A stretch of 63,668 nucleotides of DNA, the filler included, from an uncultured Methanosarcinales archaeon (GTDB lineage: Archaea; Nanobdellota; Nanobdellia; Woesearchaeales; CAZKBD01), in NCBI GenBank assembly GCA_964550945.1. It is 3 parts of 3 records of this genome, joined end to end, with 100 filler letters (N's around TTAATTAATTAA, not from the genome) between each part and the next. Parts side by side here need not be neighbours in the genome. Positions count along the whole stretch, not along the records: positions 1 to 22,326 come from CAZKBD010000022.1; 2 more parts are not named here. The stretch is one strand, 5' to 3'. The notes beneath the pieces are model-generated. The model searched no databases and was not told the origin of the DNA. It was given only the letters and a program-made list of their open reading frames with translations. The translations under genes and the position numbers were made by a program. Each line of letters opens with the position of its first letter. Position 1 is the first letter of the stretch. Of the stretch, positions 10,161 through 20,947 are shown one piece after another.

Positions 10161-11132
10161 ATGAAACCAAGGAGGATAGTGTTCATATACTGGGATCCGC
10201 ACGAGGCCCATTTAGAGTGGGCTAAATCAATTACAGGCGAATTCTATCCATTCCTCCCAAACAGGCTTAGGTTTACGCGGTTCAACATCCCGCTTATTCA
10301 CCATGGGCTTTCCGCCTTTTACTCAATAAAAATACCTAAAGCGGATGTGTATCTCATAGAGGGCATGGGCTGCATTCTGCCAGTTATATTAAAGAAAAGG
10401 AAGGATTCAAAGATAATAATGATAAATGACGACCCTTTTTTTTATGACTACCAATTTATTTCAAAATGGACCAAATGGGCATATTCTAAATTATTAAAAA
10501 AAGTAGATGGAATCATTTCGACGTCAAGATATATGGATTCCCTTATAAAAGACACAAGAGATATTCCGAGAGAGGTTGTTCCTTTATTCGTTGATGTTGA
10601 GAGATATTCAAAGGTAAATGCCGACCTGGATTCAAATGATATATGCTTTGTAAGCAACCAAAACTACAAAAAGGGAACAGACATTTTGATAAAAGCGTTT
10701 AAGGACTTAAGAAAAGAGCTCAATGGCAGATTATACTTGGTCGGACCATTTGAGGATAGGTTTAAAGGATTGAAAGATGAAAATATAATCACGCCCGGAT
10801 TAGTGAAAAAACCAGAGGAGTATATAAAGAGGTGCGGCATGTATATCAACCCTGCACGCCACGAGCCATTCGGTATAAACATCCTTGAAGCCATGTGTGC
10901 AGGTATGGCCCCCATTGTTACAAATCACTGCGGGACTGCTGACCTAGTAAAACAAGTTTCAAAAAGATTAGTAATAAACCCAGATGCTGCTGATATCGCA
11001 CAAACAGCCAAGTGGTTGGACATAAATAGAAGGAAAAAATTATCAAAACTTTGCAAAAAACAAGCTAGTATATACACTAAAGAGATGAGTGTTGCTGCAT
11101 TCAAAAATAAATTCCAAGAAATGATTCAATAA
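10161..11132 (+). CDS. GT4 (GT-B) glycosyltransferase
   Basis: KG motif; EPFGINILEAM. Confidence 0.9.
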   Translation: MKPRRIVFIYWDPHEAHLEWAKSITGEFYPFLPNRLRFTRFNIPLIHHGLSAFYSIKIPKADVYLIEGMGCILPVILKKRKDSKIIMINDDPFFYDYQFISKWTKWAYSKLLKKVDGIISTSRYMDSLIKDTRDIPREVVPLFVDVERYSKVNADLDSNDICFVSNQNYKKGTDILIKAFKDLRKELNGRLYLVGPFEDRFKGLKDENIITPGLVKKPEEYIKRCGMYINPARHEPFGINILEAMCAGMAPIVTNHCGTADLVKQVSKRLVINPDAADIAQTAKWLDINRRKKLSKLCKKQASIYTKEMSVAAFKNKFQEMIQ

Positions 11133-11133
11133 T

Positions 11134-13086
11134 ATGGTAAACTCCCTTGTATTTATTTATAATAAAGAGCAGATAAGGAAAACAAAAAACCTTCCTACGG
11201 CCCCCATAACAATTGTATCATTGAACAAGGAGATTACAACCCACCTTAAAAGAGAAGGGCTTGCTTGCAAAGAACCAGAACAATATCCTAATAACATCTC
11301 CATTGAAAAAGAAGCGACTGATCTTTTGAATTCTGTTGCATTAAGCGCCATAAAAAGAAGGGGTTTCCTTAATTTTTTTGAAGAATACAACACCCATGTC
11401 TTGGATCTGCTAAATTACTTTTTGTTTTACGATTCTCTTTACTGCAAATCATTCACAAGCAAACTGGAAGAGTTGATAACTATTAGCAATATATTAGATA
11501 CAGAAAATCCTCAGGAAGTTATCCTGATGGGGATTGATTCATTTGCTGAAGATGTAATAAAACCTGTCCTAGATTCAAAGAAGATTAAACCTAGGATATT
11601 TGCACTTGGTACAGGACAAAATATAAAAAGCAAAGTAAAAGACAATTTTAAAGATATAAAAGGCCATCTTCTTTCTGTCGAAGCAAAAAGGATAAGAAAG
11701 ATTCTAAGAAAGATATATTGGGAATCGTTTAAGCCGTTTAAAAAAGAGATTAAAAACGATTATAAAAAAAAGGCATTAATGTTTTGTAACAGAGATGAAA
11801 TAATTTATAACCCCCATGAAAAAACAATTAAGAAAGGAGAATTGTTTGAACCAATAATAGGTTATCTGCCGAAGAGTTGCCAATCAATAATTCTCGATAT
11901 ACCCTTAGATTACAAACTTGGTGCCAGGAAATTGCCAAAAGGAATAAATGATACCCAAATTATTCCAATCGAAGAGTATACAACGCTTAAATCAATCCTA
12001 AGAGCCGCGTCTGCTCACAAAAAAACCTTGGAGGAATGGAACAATCGCAGAGAGGAGATATCAAAGATTCTCTTTTATAAAAGCATAAGCTTAAATAATA
12101 TATTGCTTAAAAGAATTGACTTTTTCTTCAGAAGTTATTTGTTGGATATTTTGATAGATATAGAAACAATCAGGAATCTGATAAAAAAGGAAGACCCCAA
12201 TTTGGTATGTAGTTTCTCACCCCAGAGTTTTATTGAAAAGACGACAATAAACTATTGCTCCAAAAGGAGTATGCCCAGTTTAGGCATCCAACACGGGGCG
12301 ATAACTTATTGTATAGACTTCGTTTCAAAACTCCCTGCACCTAAACTATCCAAAAGCTTTGCATATATGTCAGTATTCGGTGGATATTACAAAGATTTTC
12401 TTGTTAGGAATAGCATTTATAACAGAGACCTGATAAGGGTAACAGGCTATCCGAAGTTTGACACACTTAATTTTGTTCAGAAGAATTTCAAAAAGGAATG
12501 CATATGCAAGGAACTGGGGATAGACCCCAAAAAGAAGATTATTGTATTGACAACACAACCTCTTCAACTTGAAGAAGAAACCAAGAATATGGTTTATTTA
12601 ACATGCAGAGCTATAAAGGATTTAGATGATGCGCAACTTATAGTCAAGGTGCATCCGCGTGAGATTAGCTTAGATTTGCATAGGGAAGCCATAAAAAACA
12701 GCGGCGTAAAGAATGTTATTTTGATAAAGGGTTATGATATAAACAAAATACTATTTGTCTGTGATGTGCTAGTAACTGCGTATTCCACAACAATATTAGA
12801 AGCTTCAATATTAGATAAGCCATCAATAATAATTGACTTGTACAAAAAAGGTTATGCAGATATGTTTGGAAACCATAAGTCAATAAGGGTCAGCAATAAC
12901 GAGTTTGAATTAAAAGAGAATATCAAACAAGCATTATATGGTGAAAAAACAAAAAAAGCGATGAAGCAATTGAGAAAAAGATTTGTTTACAGCCATTGTT
13001 ACAAGATAGATGGAAACTCCAATAAGAGGATAGCACTCTTTATACAAGAGATATTGGAAAAACGGACAAAAACGAAGATTATTTAA
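11134..13086 (+). CDS. GT-B surface carbohydrate biosynthesis protein (candidate nonulosonate transferase)
   Basis: GIQHG, VTGYPKFD, KVHPRE, STTILEA, DG motifs; next to neuA/neuB. Confidence 0.65.
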   Translation: MVNSLVFIYNKEQIRKTKNLPTAPITIVSLNKEITTHLKREGLACKEPEQYPNNISIEKEATDLLNSVALSAIKRRGFLNFFEEYNTHVLDLLNYFLFYDSLYCKSFTSKLEELITISNILDTENPQEVILMGIDSFAEDVIKPVLDSKKIKPRIFALGTGQNIKSKVKDNFKDIKGHLLSVEAKRIRKILRKIYWESFKPFKKEIKNDYKKKALMFCNRDEIIYNPHEKTIKKGELFEPIIGYLPKSCQSIILDIPLDYKLGARKLPKGINDTQIIPIEEYTTLKSILRAASAHKKTLEEWNNRREEISKILFYKSISLNNILLKRIDFFFRSYLLDILIDIETIRNLIKKEDPNLVCSFSPQSFIEKTTINYCSKRSMPSLGIQHGAITYCIDFVSKLPAPKLSKSFAYMSVFGGYYKDFLVRNSIYNRDLIRVTGYPKFDTLNFVQKNFKKECICKELGIDPKKKIIVLTTQPLQLEEETKNMVYLTCRAIKDLDDAQLIVKVHPREISLDLHREAIKNSGVKNVILIKGYDINKILFVCDVLVTAYSTTILEASILDKPSIIIDLYKKGYADMFGNHKSIRVSNNEFELKENIKQALYGEKTKKAMKQLRKRFVYSHCYKIDGNSNKRIALFIQEILEKRTKTKII

Positions 13087-13121
13087 AACAAGCAAAATTA
13101 TCAATCTGAAGGTTAAGAAGA

Positions 13122-14078
13122 ATGAAAGCGCTTATAACAGGAATAACTGGTTTTGTCGGAAGCCATATGGCTGAATTATTATTGGACAAGGGCGTAGAAG
13201 TCCATGGAACTTATAGATGGAGAAGCCCAAAAGACAATATAGCCCATATTCTAGATAAAATCCACCTTATAAATTGCGAATTGTTGGATGCAAAGTCAGT
13301 TAATGAAGCTATATTGTCAATTAAACCTGATGTGATATTCCATCTTGCAGCTCAGTCCTATGTGCCTTCCAGCTTTAACGAACCTACAGCAACCTTGCAA
13401 ACAAATATAATAGGTACATTAAATTTATTGGAAGCTGTAAGGCTCAGCAAAACAGACCCAATAATCCATATTTGCTCAAGCAGCGAAGTATACGGCCAGG
13501 TTAAAGAAGACGAAGTTCCAATAAAAGAAACAAACCAGTTTAGACCAGCAAGCCCCTATGCTGTAAGCAAGGTTGGCGAGGACATGATAGGTTATCAATA
13601 TTTCTTATCTTATGGCCTTAAAACAATAAGGACCAGGATGTTCACTCACACAGGCCCAAGAAGAGGGGAGGTGTTTGTTACATCCGCATTTGCAAAACAG
13701 ATCGCAGAGATAGAAATGAAGAAAAAAAAGCCTATATTGCGTGTAGGAAACCTTGAGTCAGTGAGAACCTTCGCAGACGTAAGAGATGCTGTTAAGGCTT
13801 ATTGGTTGCTCGTAAACAAATGCAAACCCGGGGAAGTCTACAATATTGGTGGAAACAGGACTATGAAAATAAGGGAGATGCTTGATATGCTCTTAAGTTT
13901 ATCTCCATTAAAAGATAAAATCAAAGTAGAGGTTGATCCAAAATTGCTAAGGCCTTCTGATGTTACGCTACAAATACCTTGTATAGACAAGTTTGTTAAC
14001 GCCACTGGCTGGAAGCCTGAAATACCATTTGAGCAAACATTAAAGGATCTACTTGATTATTGGAGACAAAAAGTATAA
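13122..14078 (+). CDS. gmd: GDP-mannose 4,6-dehydratase family SDR (Gmd/Rmd-like)
   Basis: ITGITGFVG, HLAAQSYV, SSSEVYG, SPYAVSK, LRPSD. Confidence 0.8.
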   Translation: MKALITGITGFVGSHMAELLLDKGVEVHGTYRWRSPKDNIAHILDKIHLINCELLDAKSVNEAILSIKPDVIFHLAAQSYVPSSFNEPTATLQTNIIGTLNLLEAVRLSKTDPIIHICSSSEVYGQVKEDEVPIKETNQFRPASPYAVSKVGEDMIGYQYFLSYGLKTIRTRMFTHTGPRRGEVFVTSAFAKQIAEIEMKKKKPILRVGNLESVRTFADVRDAVKAYWLLVNKCKPGEVYNIGGNRTMKIREMLDMLLSLSPLKDKIKVEVDPKLLRPSDVTLQIPCIDKFVNATGWKPEIPFEQTLKDLLDYWRQKV

Positions 14079-14087
14079 CTTGATACG

Positions 14088-14792
14088 ATGAAAAAGAATA
14101 TAATTTCTATCATACCTGCCAGGGGCGGTTCAAAAAAGATACCCAAGAAAAATATAAAATTATTAGCAGGAAAACCCTTAATAAAGTATTCAATCGAGGT
14201 TTCTTTAAAATCAAAATACATAAACAGGACAATAGTATCTACTGATGACAGTGAGATTGCTGGAATAGCTAAAAAATTAGGGGCAGAAGTGATAATGAGG
14301 CCAAAAGAATTGGCAACTGACAGCTGTGCTACAGAGCCTGCTTTACAGCATGTTGTAGATTACTTAAAAGAAAAAGAAGGCTACAATGTGGATGTTATAG
14401 TGCTTCTGCAGCCAACTTGCCCTTTACGAGCAGTTAAAGATGTGGACAATGCTATAGAACTGTTAATCAAGAAGAATGCAGATTCAGTTGTTTCTGTTTT
14501 TGAGGATTATTACTATTCATGGTTTGGGGAGATAGAAAAAGATGGCTCTTTTAATCCTCAATATAATTACAAAGAAAGGCCTTTAAGACAAAAAATCAAG
14601 CCAAAACACCATGAGGTTGGATCAATTTACGTGATGACCGCAGATCTTCTGAGAAAAGAAAAGAACAGGATGGGCGGGAAGATATTCCCATATCTCCTTG
14701 ACAAGAAAAAAGCATTAGATATAAATGATGAATTTGACTTCTGGTTAATTGAAGAGATGATAAAACAAAAGAAAATTGATCTAGAACAATGA
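14088..14792 (+). CDS. neuA: Acylneuraminate (nonulosonate) cytidylyltransferase
   Basis: IPARGGSKKIPKKN, VSTDD, LQPTCPLR, LDIN. Confidence 0.9.
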   Translation: MKKNIISIIPARGGSKKIPKKNIKLLAGKPLIKYSIEVSLKSKYINRTIVSTDDSEIAGIAKKLGAEVIMRPKELATDSCATEPALQHVVDYLKEKEGYNVDVIVLLQPTCPLRAVKDVDNAIELLIKKNADSVVSVFEDYYYSWFGEIEKDGSFNPQYNYKERPLRQKIKPKHHEVGSIYVMTADLLRKEKNRMGGKIFPYLLDKKKALDINDEFDFWLIEEMIKQKKIDLEQ

Positions 14793-16081
14793 GAATATTA
14801 TTCATTAATCCGCAAAGTTTAGATCCACAGGCTTTGTCAGTCCCTCCATTAGGCCTGCTATATATAGCTTCTTTTATACGAAAAAACGGATTCAAAGATA
14901 TAGAAGTAGTAGATGACTCTTTGCTTAAGCTTCCAACTGAAAGATTAGAAGCAAAGATAAAGAATGCAGATGTTATAGCTGTAACAGGCTCAACATGCCA
15001 GTTTAAGTATGCTGCTGAGATAGCTGAGATATGCCACAAGCACAATAAATTGTCAATAATCGGGGGGCCACATGCTACTCCAATACCTGAGGATATTTTA
15101 AAAAACAGCAGATTTGATGTTGTAGTCAGGTGCGAAGGGGAGTTAACCTTTCTGGATATATTAAGAAAGTTTAAAGAAAAAGATTTTTCTAATATTAAAG
15201 GGATTAGCTACAAAAAAGACGGAAAGATAGTGCATAATGAAGACAGGGAATTTATAAAAGATCTGGATGTATTGCCTTTTCCTGCACGCGATTTAGTGCA
15301 TATTAACGATTATCCAACACAAAAACTGGCAAGATTCAGATATGATAGGTATACTAATTTGATTAGCAGCAGGGGTTGCTTAAATGCGTGTATTTTTTGC
15401 TCAAGCCCAATAACGTGGAGAAGAACCATAAGGCTAAGGAGCGCGAAAAATGTTTTTGAAGAGATCCTGGAACTTCATAACAAGTATGGGTTTAAATGCC
15501 TGCATTTCCATGATGATACGTTCACAGCTTCAAGAAAAAGGGTTTTTGAATTATGCGACATGATAATCAAAGAGAAGCTGGATTTAGAGTGGTCTTGCAT
15601 CACAAGGCCGGACAAAACAGATTACGAACTTTACAAGAAGATGGCTGAAGCTGGATGCAAGCAAGTAGATTTAGGCATAGAAAGCGGGTCTGAAAAGCTG
15701 CTTGAAATAGCTAAAAAAAATTATAACTTAAAACAGATCAAAGACTCTTTAGATTCAGCCAAAAAAGCGGGTTTATTAAGACATGGTTTTTTCCTGATTG
15801 GCTTGCCTGGAGAAAACATATTTACTTTTCTAAAGACAATAGCTTTTGCCAAGTCATTAAATCTAGACAGCTCTGTCTGGACTGTTTTGCTGCCGTTTCC
15901 CGGGACAGAGGTTTTTAACAATAGGCTGGTAAAGATAATTGATGCTGACTATGTAAATTGGCTATACAAGAAACCAATAATCAAGACAGGGCTTCTTGGC
16001 CCAAGAAGCTTGATGATCTTAAGAAAAATTGCAGACTTTTCTGTAAATAAATTCCATAACCCTGTTTATTCTAAGAGCTGA
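14789..16081 (+). CDS. B12-binding radical SAM protein
   Basis: PPLGLLYIAS, GGPHAT, SSRGCLNACIFC, GIESG. Confidence 0.9.
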   Translation: MRILFINPQSLDPQALSVPPLGLLYIASFIRKNGFKDIEVVDDSLLKLPTERLEAKIKNADVIAVTGSTCQFKYAAEIAEICHKHNKLSIIGGPHATPIPEDILKNSRFDVVVRCEGELTFLDILRKFKEKDFSNIKGISYKKDGKIVHNEDREFIKDLDVLPFPARDLVHINDYPTQKLARFRYDRYTNLISSRGCLNACIFCSSPITWRRTIRLRSAKNVFEEILELHNKYGFKCLHFHDDTFTASRKRVFELCDMIIKEKLDLEWSCITRPDKTDYELYKKMAEAGCKQVDLGIESGSEKLLEIAKKNYNLKQIKDSLDSAKKAGLLRHGFFLIGLPGENIFTFLKTIAFAKSLNLDSSVWTVLLPFPGTEVFNNRLVKIIDADYVNWLYKKPIIKTGLLGPRSLMILRKIADFSVNKFHNPVYSKS

Positions 16082-16128
16082 ATATCTAATCCACAATATT
16101 TATAAATGATGGTCCTATTTCCGAGGGT

Positions 16129-17991
16129 ATGAGAATTGGCAGTAAAGCAATAGGGAAAGACGACCCAATATTTATCATTGCTGAGATAGGGTTAAACCAT
16201 AACGGTAAACTTGATACAGCAAAACAATTGATAGATATCGCTGCGGACGCTGGTGCAGATTGCGTAAAATTTCAGAAGAGAACTATTAAAGATGTTTATC
16301 AAGAAGAGCTTATAGAAAATCCAAACAAGGGAGAGCAAGCATTTCAATACGCACTGCCTATATTGAAGGAGACAGAGTTAACTGATGAGGAATACAACAA
16401 GATAGTAGATTATTGCAAACAAAAGGGGGTTATTTTCAGCTGCTCTCCGTGGGATAAAAAAAGCGTGGATTTTCTTGAAAAGCTTGACATTCCATTCTAT
16501 AAGATTGCGTCTCCTGATCTGACAAATATCCCTTTGGTGGAGTATATTGCGTCAAAGAAAAAACCAATCTTATTGTCTACCGGGATCTCCCAGCTGGACG
16601 AGATTAAAATTACGGTTAGCACATTAAAAAGATTAAATGCTGAGTTTGTGCTTTTACACTGCAACAGCACATATCCTGCACCCCCTTCTGAAATAAATTT
16701 AAGGTTTATGGAAACGCTAAGAAAAGAATTCAATGTGCCAATTGGATATTCTGGCCATGAGAGAGGGATAGCAATCTCCATTGCTGCTGCTGCAATGGGG
16801 GCTTGTGTTATTGAAAGGCATATAACCCTTGACAGAGGAATGAAAGGCCCTGACCATAAAGCAAGCCTAGAACCAGAAGAGTTCAAACAAATGGTTAGTG
16901 ATATCCGGGTTGTGGAAGAAGCAAAAGGAAGCTATAAGAAACATTTTACAAGGGGAGAGATAATAACAAGGGATCTTCTTGGAAAAAGCATTTTAGCTTC
17001 AAGAAACATCAACAAAGGAGAGATAATAAGAAGAGAGGATATAACCATAAAGAGCCCTGGAAAAGGCCTGTCACCCCAAAGGATAAATGAACTAGTTGGA
17101 AAGGTTATCAAGAGAGATATCAAGAAAGAGGATTATTTTATTGAGGACGATATAGAAGAGCAAAAGATAGCTATACCTAAAGATGAGTGCAGGAGATGGG
17201 GATTGAAAGTCAGGTATAATGATATAGATAATTTAATGGTCTACAAACCAAAATTAGTTGAATTCCATTTTACTGATAAAGACCTTGAGCTGGGTATACC
17301 TAATAAGAGATATGACACAGAATTGGCTGTTCATGCTCCAGAATACTATAAGGATTACCTGCTTGATTACTGCTCAAAAAAAGAAGAATACAGAAAAGTA
17401 GCAATAGAAACATTACAAAAAACAATAGATAAGACCAATGAGCTCAAAGGATATTACAAAACCAAAAAGCCATTTATAATATTTCATGCCGGTGGAATGA
17501 GCTTAAAGCCAATCAAAGAGAAAGACCCCCAGCTTATGAAGAATTTTGTTGAATCATTATCGCAAATAGATGCAAAAGGGGTTGAGCTATTGCCTGAAAA
17601 TCAGGTTCCTCTTGGATGGTTTTTTGGCGGCCAATGGTACCTTAACACATTTATTGATCCAGAAGAGATAAAATGGTTCTGTGAAACTTATAAGTATAAC
17701 ATATGCTTTGATATTGCCCATGCCCAGCTTTACTGCAATGTTTACAAGAGAAGCTTAGTTGATTTTATTAAAATGGTAAAACCTTTTATCAGAGAACTGC
17801 ATTTAGCAGACGCATATGGCGTAAATGGCGAAGGAGTTCAGATAGGAACAGGAGACATTGACTGGAAAGAGGCACTAGAGTATTTCAAGGATTATAAATA
17901 TGGGCTGATACCTGAAATATGGAGAGGCCATTTGCAAAACGGAAGAGAATTTGTAATTGCTATGCAGAAACTTATTCCTTATTTAAAATGA
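16129..17991 (+). CDS. neuB: Nonulosonic acid synthase NeuB + SAF domain + C-terminal xylose-isomerase/AP-endonuclease-type TIM barrel
   Basis: IAEIGLNHNG, VKFQKR, HCNSTYP, GYSGHE, IERHITLD; C-terminal PEN, FDIAH, LHLAD, PEIW. Confidence 0.88.
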   Translation: MRIGSKAIGKDDPIFIIAEIGLNHNGKLDTAKQLIDIAADAGADCVKFQKRTIKDVYQEELIENPNKGEQAFQYALPILKETELTDEEYNKIVDYCKQKGVIFSCSPWDKKSVDFLEKLDIPFYKIASPDLTNIPLVEYIASKKKPILLSTGISQLDEIKITVSTLKRLNAEFVLLHCNSTYPAPPSEINLRFMETLRKEFNVPIGYSGHERGIAISIAAAAMGACVIERHITLDRGMKGPDHKASLEPEEFKQMVSDIRVVEEAKGSYKKHFTRGEIITRDLLGKSILASRNINKGEIIRREDITIKSPGKGLSPQRINELVGKVIKRDIKKEDYFIEDDIEEQKIAIPKDECRRWGLKVRYNDIDNLMVYKPKLVEFHFTDKDLELGIPNKRYDTELAVHAPEYYKDYLLDYCSKKEEYRKVAIETLQKTIDKTNELKGYYKTKKPFIIFHAGGMSLKPIKEKDPQLMKNFVESLSQIDAKGVELLPENQVPLGWFFGGQWYLNTFIDPEEIKWFCETYKYNICFDIAHAQLYCNVYKRSLVDFIKMVKPFIRELHLADAYGVNGEGVQIGTGDIDWKEALEYFKDYKYGLIPEIWRGHLQNGREFVIAMQKLIPYLK

Positions 17992-18899
17992 AGATTCTTG
18001 TAACAGGAGCTAATGGGTTTGTTGGAAAGTTTTTGATTGAAGAGTTAGCAAGGGAGAATGAGGTTATTGCTCTTGATAAGGACAAAAACACGAGAGGCCT
18101 CCCTAAAGGAGTAAGAATTGCTGATGCCGACATCTCGAATAAGGATGTTATTAAAAAGATTATTGAACTCAAGCCGGATGTAGTCTATCACCTTGCTGCC
18201 ATCTCTTCTATACCCTTCTCAGTTGAAAACCCTTTGTTAACAATGAGAGTTAATGTTGACGGAACCCAAAACATCCTAGAGGCTGCAAGGATTAGTGATG
18301 TAAAAAGATTTGTGTTTATAAGCACATCCCAAGTGTATGGCATTCCAAAATATCTGCCAATAGATGAGTCCCATGCTGTTAATCCAAACAACCCTTACTC
18401 TGTCTCAAAGGCAATCGGCGAGTTACTAGTTAGAGGGTATGACGAGAGTTATGGCCTAAAAACAACAGTTATTAGGCCTTTTAGTATGTTTGGGCCAGGG
18501 CAGGACGTTAATCTGGTGATCCCTACAATAATCACGCAAGCCGTATCAAGCGATAAAATAACTCTGCAAAACAAATCTCCTATCCGGGATTTCTTGTTTA
18601 TTGAAGACGCGATTGAAGCTTTTATAACTGTTATCAAGGAAAAATCTGCAATTGGCGAAACCTACAACCTCGGGGCTGGTGAAGCAATAAGCATTGGCAA
18701 ACTTGCAGAAGATATTAACGAGTTAGTACCACCAAAAAAAATAATTGAATACACCAATGTGGAAAGGAAAGTCGAGATACCTAAATTGACAGCAGACATC
18801 ACAAAACTAAAGAAGATCGGATGGAAACCCCAAACAAGCCTAAATAAAGGGTTAATAAAAACAATTAAATATTATAAAAACATTCTTGCATCAAAATGA
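17988..18899 (+). CDS. NAD-dependent nucleotide-sugar epimerase/dehydratase/reductase (SDR)
   Basis: VTGANGFVG, HLAA, PYSVSK; ATG at 17988 overlaps the neuB stop. Confidence 0.88.
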   Translation: MKILVTGANGFVGKFLIEELARENEVIALDKDKNTRGLPKGVRIADADISNKDVIKKIIELKPDVVYHLAAISSIPFSVENPLLTMRVNVDGTQNILEAARISDVKRFVFISTSQVYGIPKYLPIDESHAVNPNNPYSVSKAIGELLVRGYDESYGLKTTVIRPFSMFGPGQDVNLVIPTIITQAVSSDKITLQNKSPIRDFLFIEDAIEAFITVIKEKSAIGETYNLGAGEAISIGKLAEDINELVPPKKIIEYTNVERKVEIPKLTADITKLKKIGWKPQTSLNKGLIKTIKYYKNILASK

Positions 18900-20935
18900 A
18901 GGCATTAATTTTAGTTGGAGGACTTGGGACGCGGCTTAGGTCAGTGATACAGGATATTCCCAAACCCATGGCTCCTATCGGAGGGAGGCCATTTTTAGAG
19001 TATCAAATCAGATGGCTGATAAAATACGGCTTTACTGATATTGTACTTTGTGTGGGTTATTTGGGCGACTATATCAACAATTATTTTGGAGATGGGTCAA
19101 GATTAGGGATTAAAATTGAATACTCCTATGAAAAAAAGCTTCTTGGCACTGCAGGAGCAATAAAAAATGCTGAGAGATTTATACCAAAAGGCGAACATTT
19201 CCTGGTATTAAATGGCGACTCTTATGCTAAAATCAACTTTAACAAGCTGCTTGAGTTCCATAACAATAAAAAAAGCAGATTCACAATCGGGATAACTAAA
19301 TCAAAGGAGATGACTAGATATGGCGGAGTAGAGATAAACAATGAAGGAAAAGTCATATCGTTTGCTGAAAAAGCAGGCAAAGGGGAATATATAAATGGGG
19401 GAGTTTATCTGTTTGAGCCAAAACTTTTGGATTATATCCCCAAAAACAAAAAAGTATCTTTAGAGACAGAGATTTTTCCTATTCTTGTAAAAAAATGTGA
19501 ATTAAATTCCCATGTTTGGGATGGTTATTTCATAGATATTGGTGTTCCTGAATCGTATAGCCAGCTGCAGCAGGATATCCTTGAGTCTATAATTGTGAAG
19601 GAAGGCTGCTCTGTAAAGGACACGATGATAAATATGGACAATTCCGGATTAGGTATCGCATTGATTGTAGATGAAAAAAGAAAGCTGAAAGGCCTGATAA
19701 CTGATGGGGATATACGCAGGTTTATCATAAAGGAGGATGACCTGAATCGTAAAATACAAGATGTAATGATCAAAAATCCGGTAACCGCGAAAGTGGGATG
19801 GCCAAAAGAGAGGATACGCAGCCTAATCAATCCAAGAATAAGACATATCCCTCTTGTTGATGATAAAGGCATTGTCAGGGATATTGTTTTGTATACTGAC
19901 CTAAGGGAAGAATCGAAGGAAGTGTCCATAGTCCGGGCAAAAGCGCCTTTGAGAGTTAGTTTTGCTGGCGGAGGAACAGACATAGACCAATATTTTAGGA
20001 GCTATGGGGGCTATGTTCTCAACACAACTATCGATAAATACTGCCATGGTACACTAATAAAAAGAAACGATTCCAGGATATGCATAAAATCTTTTGATTT
20101 TGATGCTGAAGAAAATATAGAGCATATTAGTGAAATACAGTATGATGGAAAACTGGACCTCATAAAAGCTGTCATTAAATTACTCAACCCGGCATTTGGC
20201 TTTGATTTATACCTCCACAGCGATGTTCCTCCTGGTTCTGGTCTTGGATCCTCTGCGGCAATTGCGGCAGTAGTTGCCGGATTGCTAAACCACCTAAAAG
20301 AAGAAAGGCTTGATGACTACCAGCTTGCTGATTTGATATACAAAGCCGAAAGGGAAGAAATAAAGATTGACGGCGGCTGGCAAGACCAGTATGCTACCAT
20401 ATTTGGCGGTTTCAATTTTATTGAATTCCAGAAGGAAGAGATAGTAGTCCATCCATTAAGGGTTCAGGAAGAAATCTTAAGTGAGCTTAATAGCAACCTC
20501 TTTTTGTGTTATACTGGAAAAACCAGGGTCTCCGGAGATATTATCAAAAACCAGAAAAAAAGTTATGTAAACAAAAAAGAGGACGTGATGATGGCTTTGG
20601 CAAGATTGAAAGAGATAACCCTAAGTATCAAGGGTGCGTTATTAAGAGGAAAAATGGAAGAGTTCGGCAATCTTCTCCATGAAGCATGGGAAAACAAAAA
20701 AAGGCTGGATGCAAAGATTTCTGATAGCTATATAAACAAGCTTTATGACATTGCAATAAAAAATGGAGCGTTAGGAGGCAAAATATTAGGTGCTGGTGGC
20801 GGAGGTTATATGCTTTTTTTCTGCCCTGTATTGAAGAAGAACGACGTAACAAAGAAACTTGAGAGCGCTGGCGGCAAGATTCTGGATTTTAACTTTGATA
20901 CCAAAGGACTTATAAGTTGGTCGGTAAGAAGATAA
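18896..20935 (+). CDS. Fusion: sugar-1-P nucleotidyltransferase (HddC-like) + CBS pair + GHMP sugar kinase (HddA-like)
   Basis: GGLGTRL..PKPM; GLITDGDIRR (CBS); PLRVSFAGGGTD, PGSGLGSS, GAGGGG. Confidence 0.85.
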   Translation: MKALILVGGLGTRLRSVIQDIPKPMAPIGGRPFLEYQIRWLIKYGFTDIVLCVGYLGDYINNYFGDGSRLGIKIEYSYEKKLLGTAGAIKNAERFIPKGEHFLVLNGDSYAKINFNKLLEFHNNKKSRFTIGITKSKEMTRYGGVEINNEGKVISFAEKAGKGEYINGGVYLFEPKLLDYIPKNKKVSLETEIFPILVKKCELNSHVWDGYFIDIGVPESYSQLQQDILESIIVKEGCSVKDTMINMDNSGLGIALIVDEKRKLKGLITDGDIRRFIIKEDDLNRKIQDVMIKNPVTAKVGWPKERIRSLINPRIRHIPLVDDKGIVRDIVLYTDLREESKEVSIVRAKAPLRVSFAGGGTDIDQYFRSYGGYVLNTTIDKYCHGTLIKRNDSRICIKSFDFDAEENIEHISEIQYDGKLDLIKAVIKLLNPAFGFDLYLHSDVPPGSGLGSSAAIAAVVAGLLNHLKEERLDDYQLADLIYKAEREEIKIDGGWQDQYATIFGGFNFIEFQKEEIVVHPLRVQEEILSELNSNLFLCYTGKTRVSGDIIKNQKKSYVNKKEDVMMALARLKEITLSIKGALLRGKMEEFGNLLHEAWENKKRLDAKISDSYINKLYDIAIKNGALGGKILGAGGGGYMLFFCPVLKKNDVTKKLESAGGKILDFNFDTKGLISWSVRR

Positions 20936-20947
20936 AGCGGGAAATAA

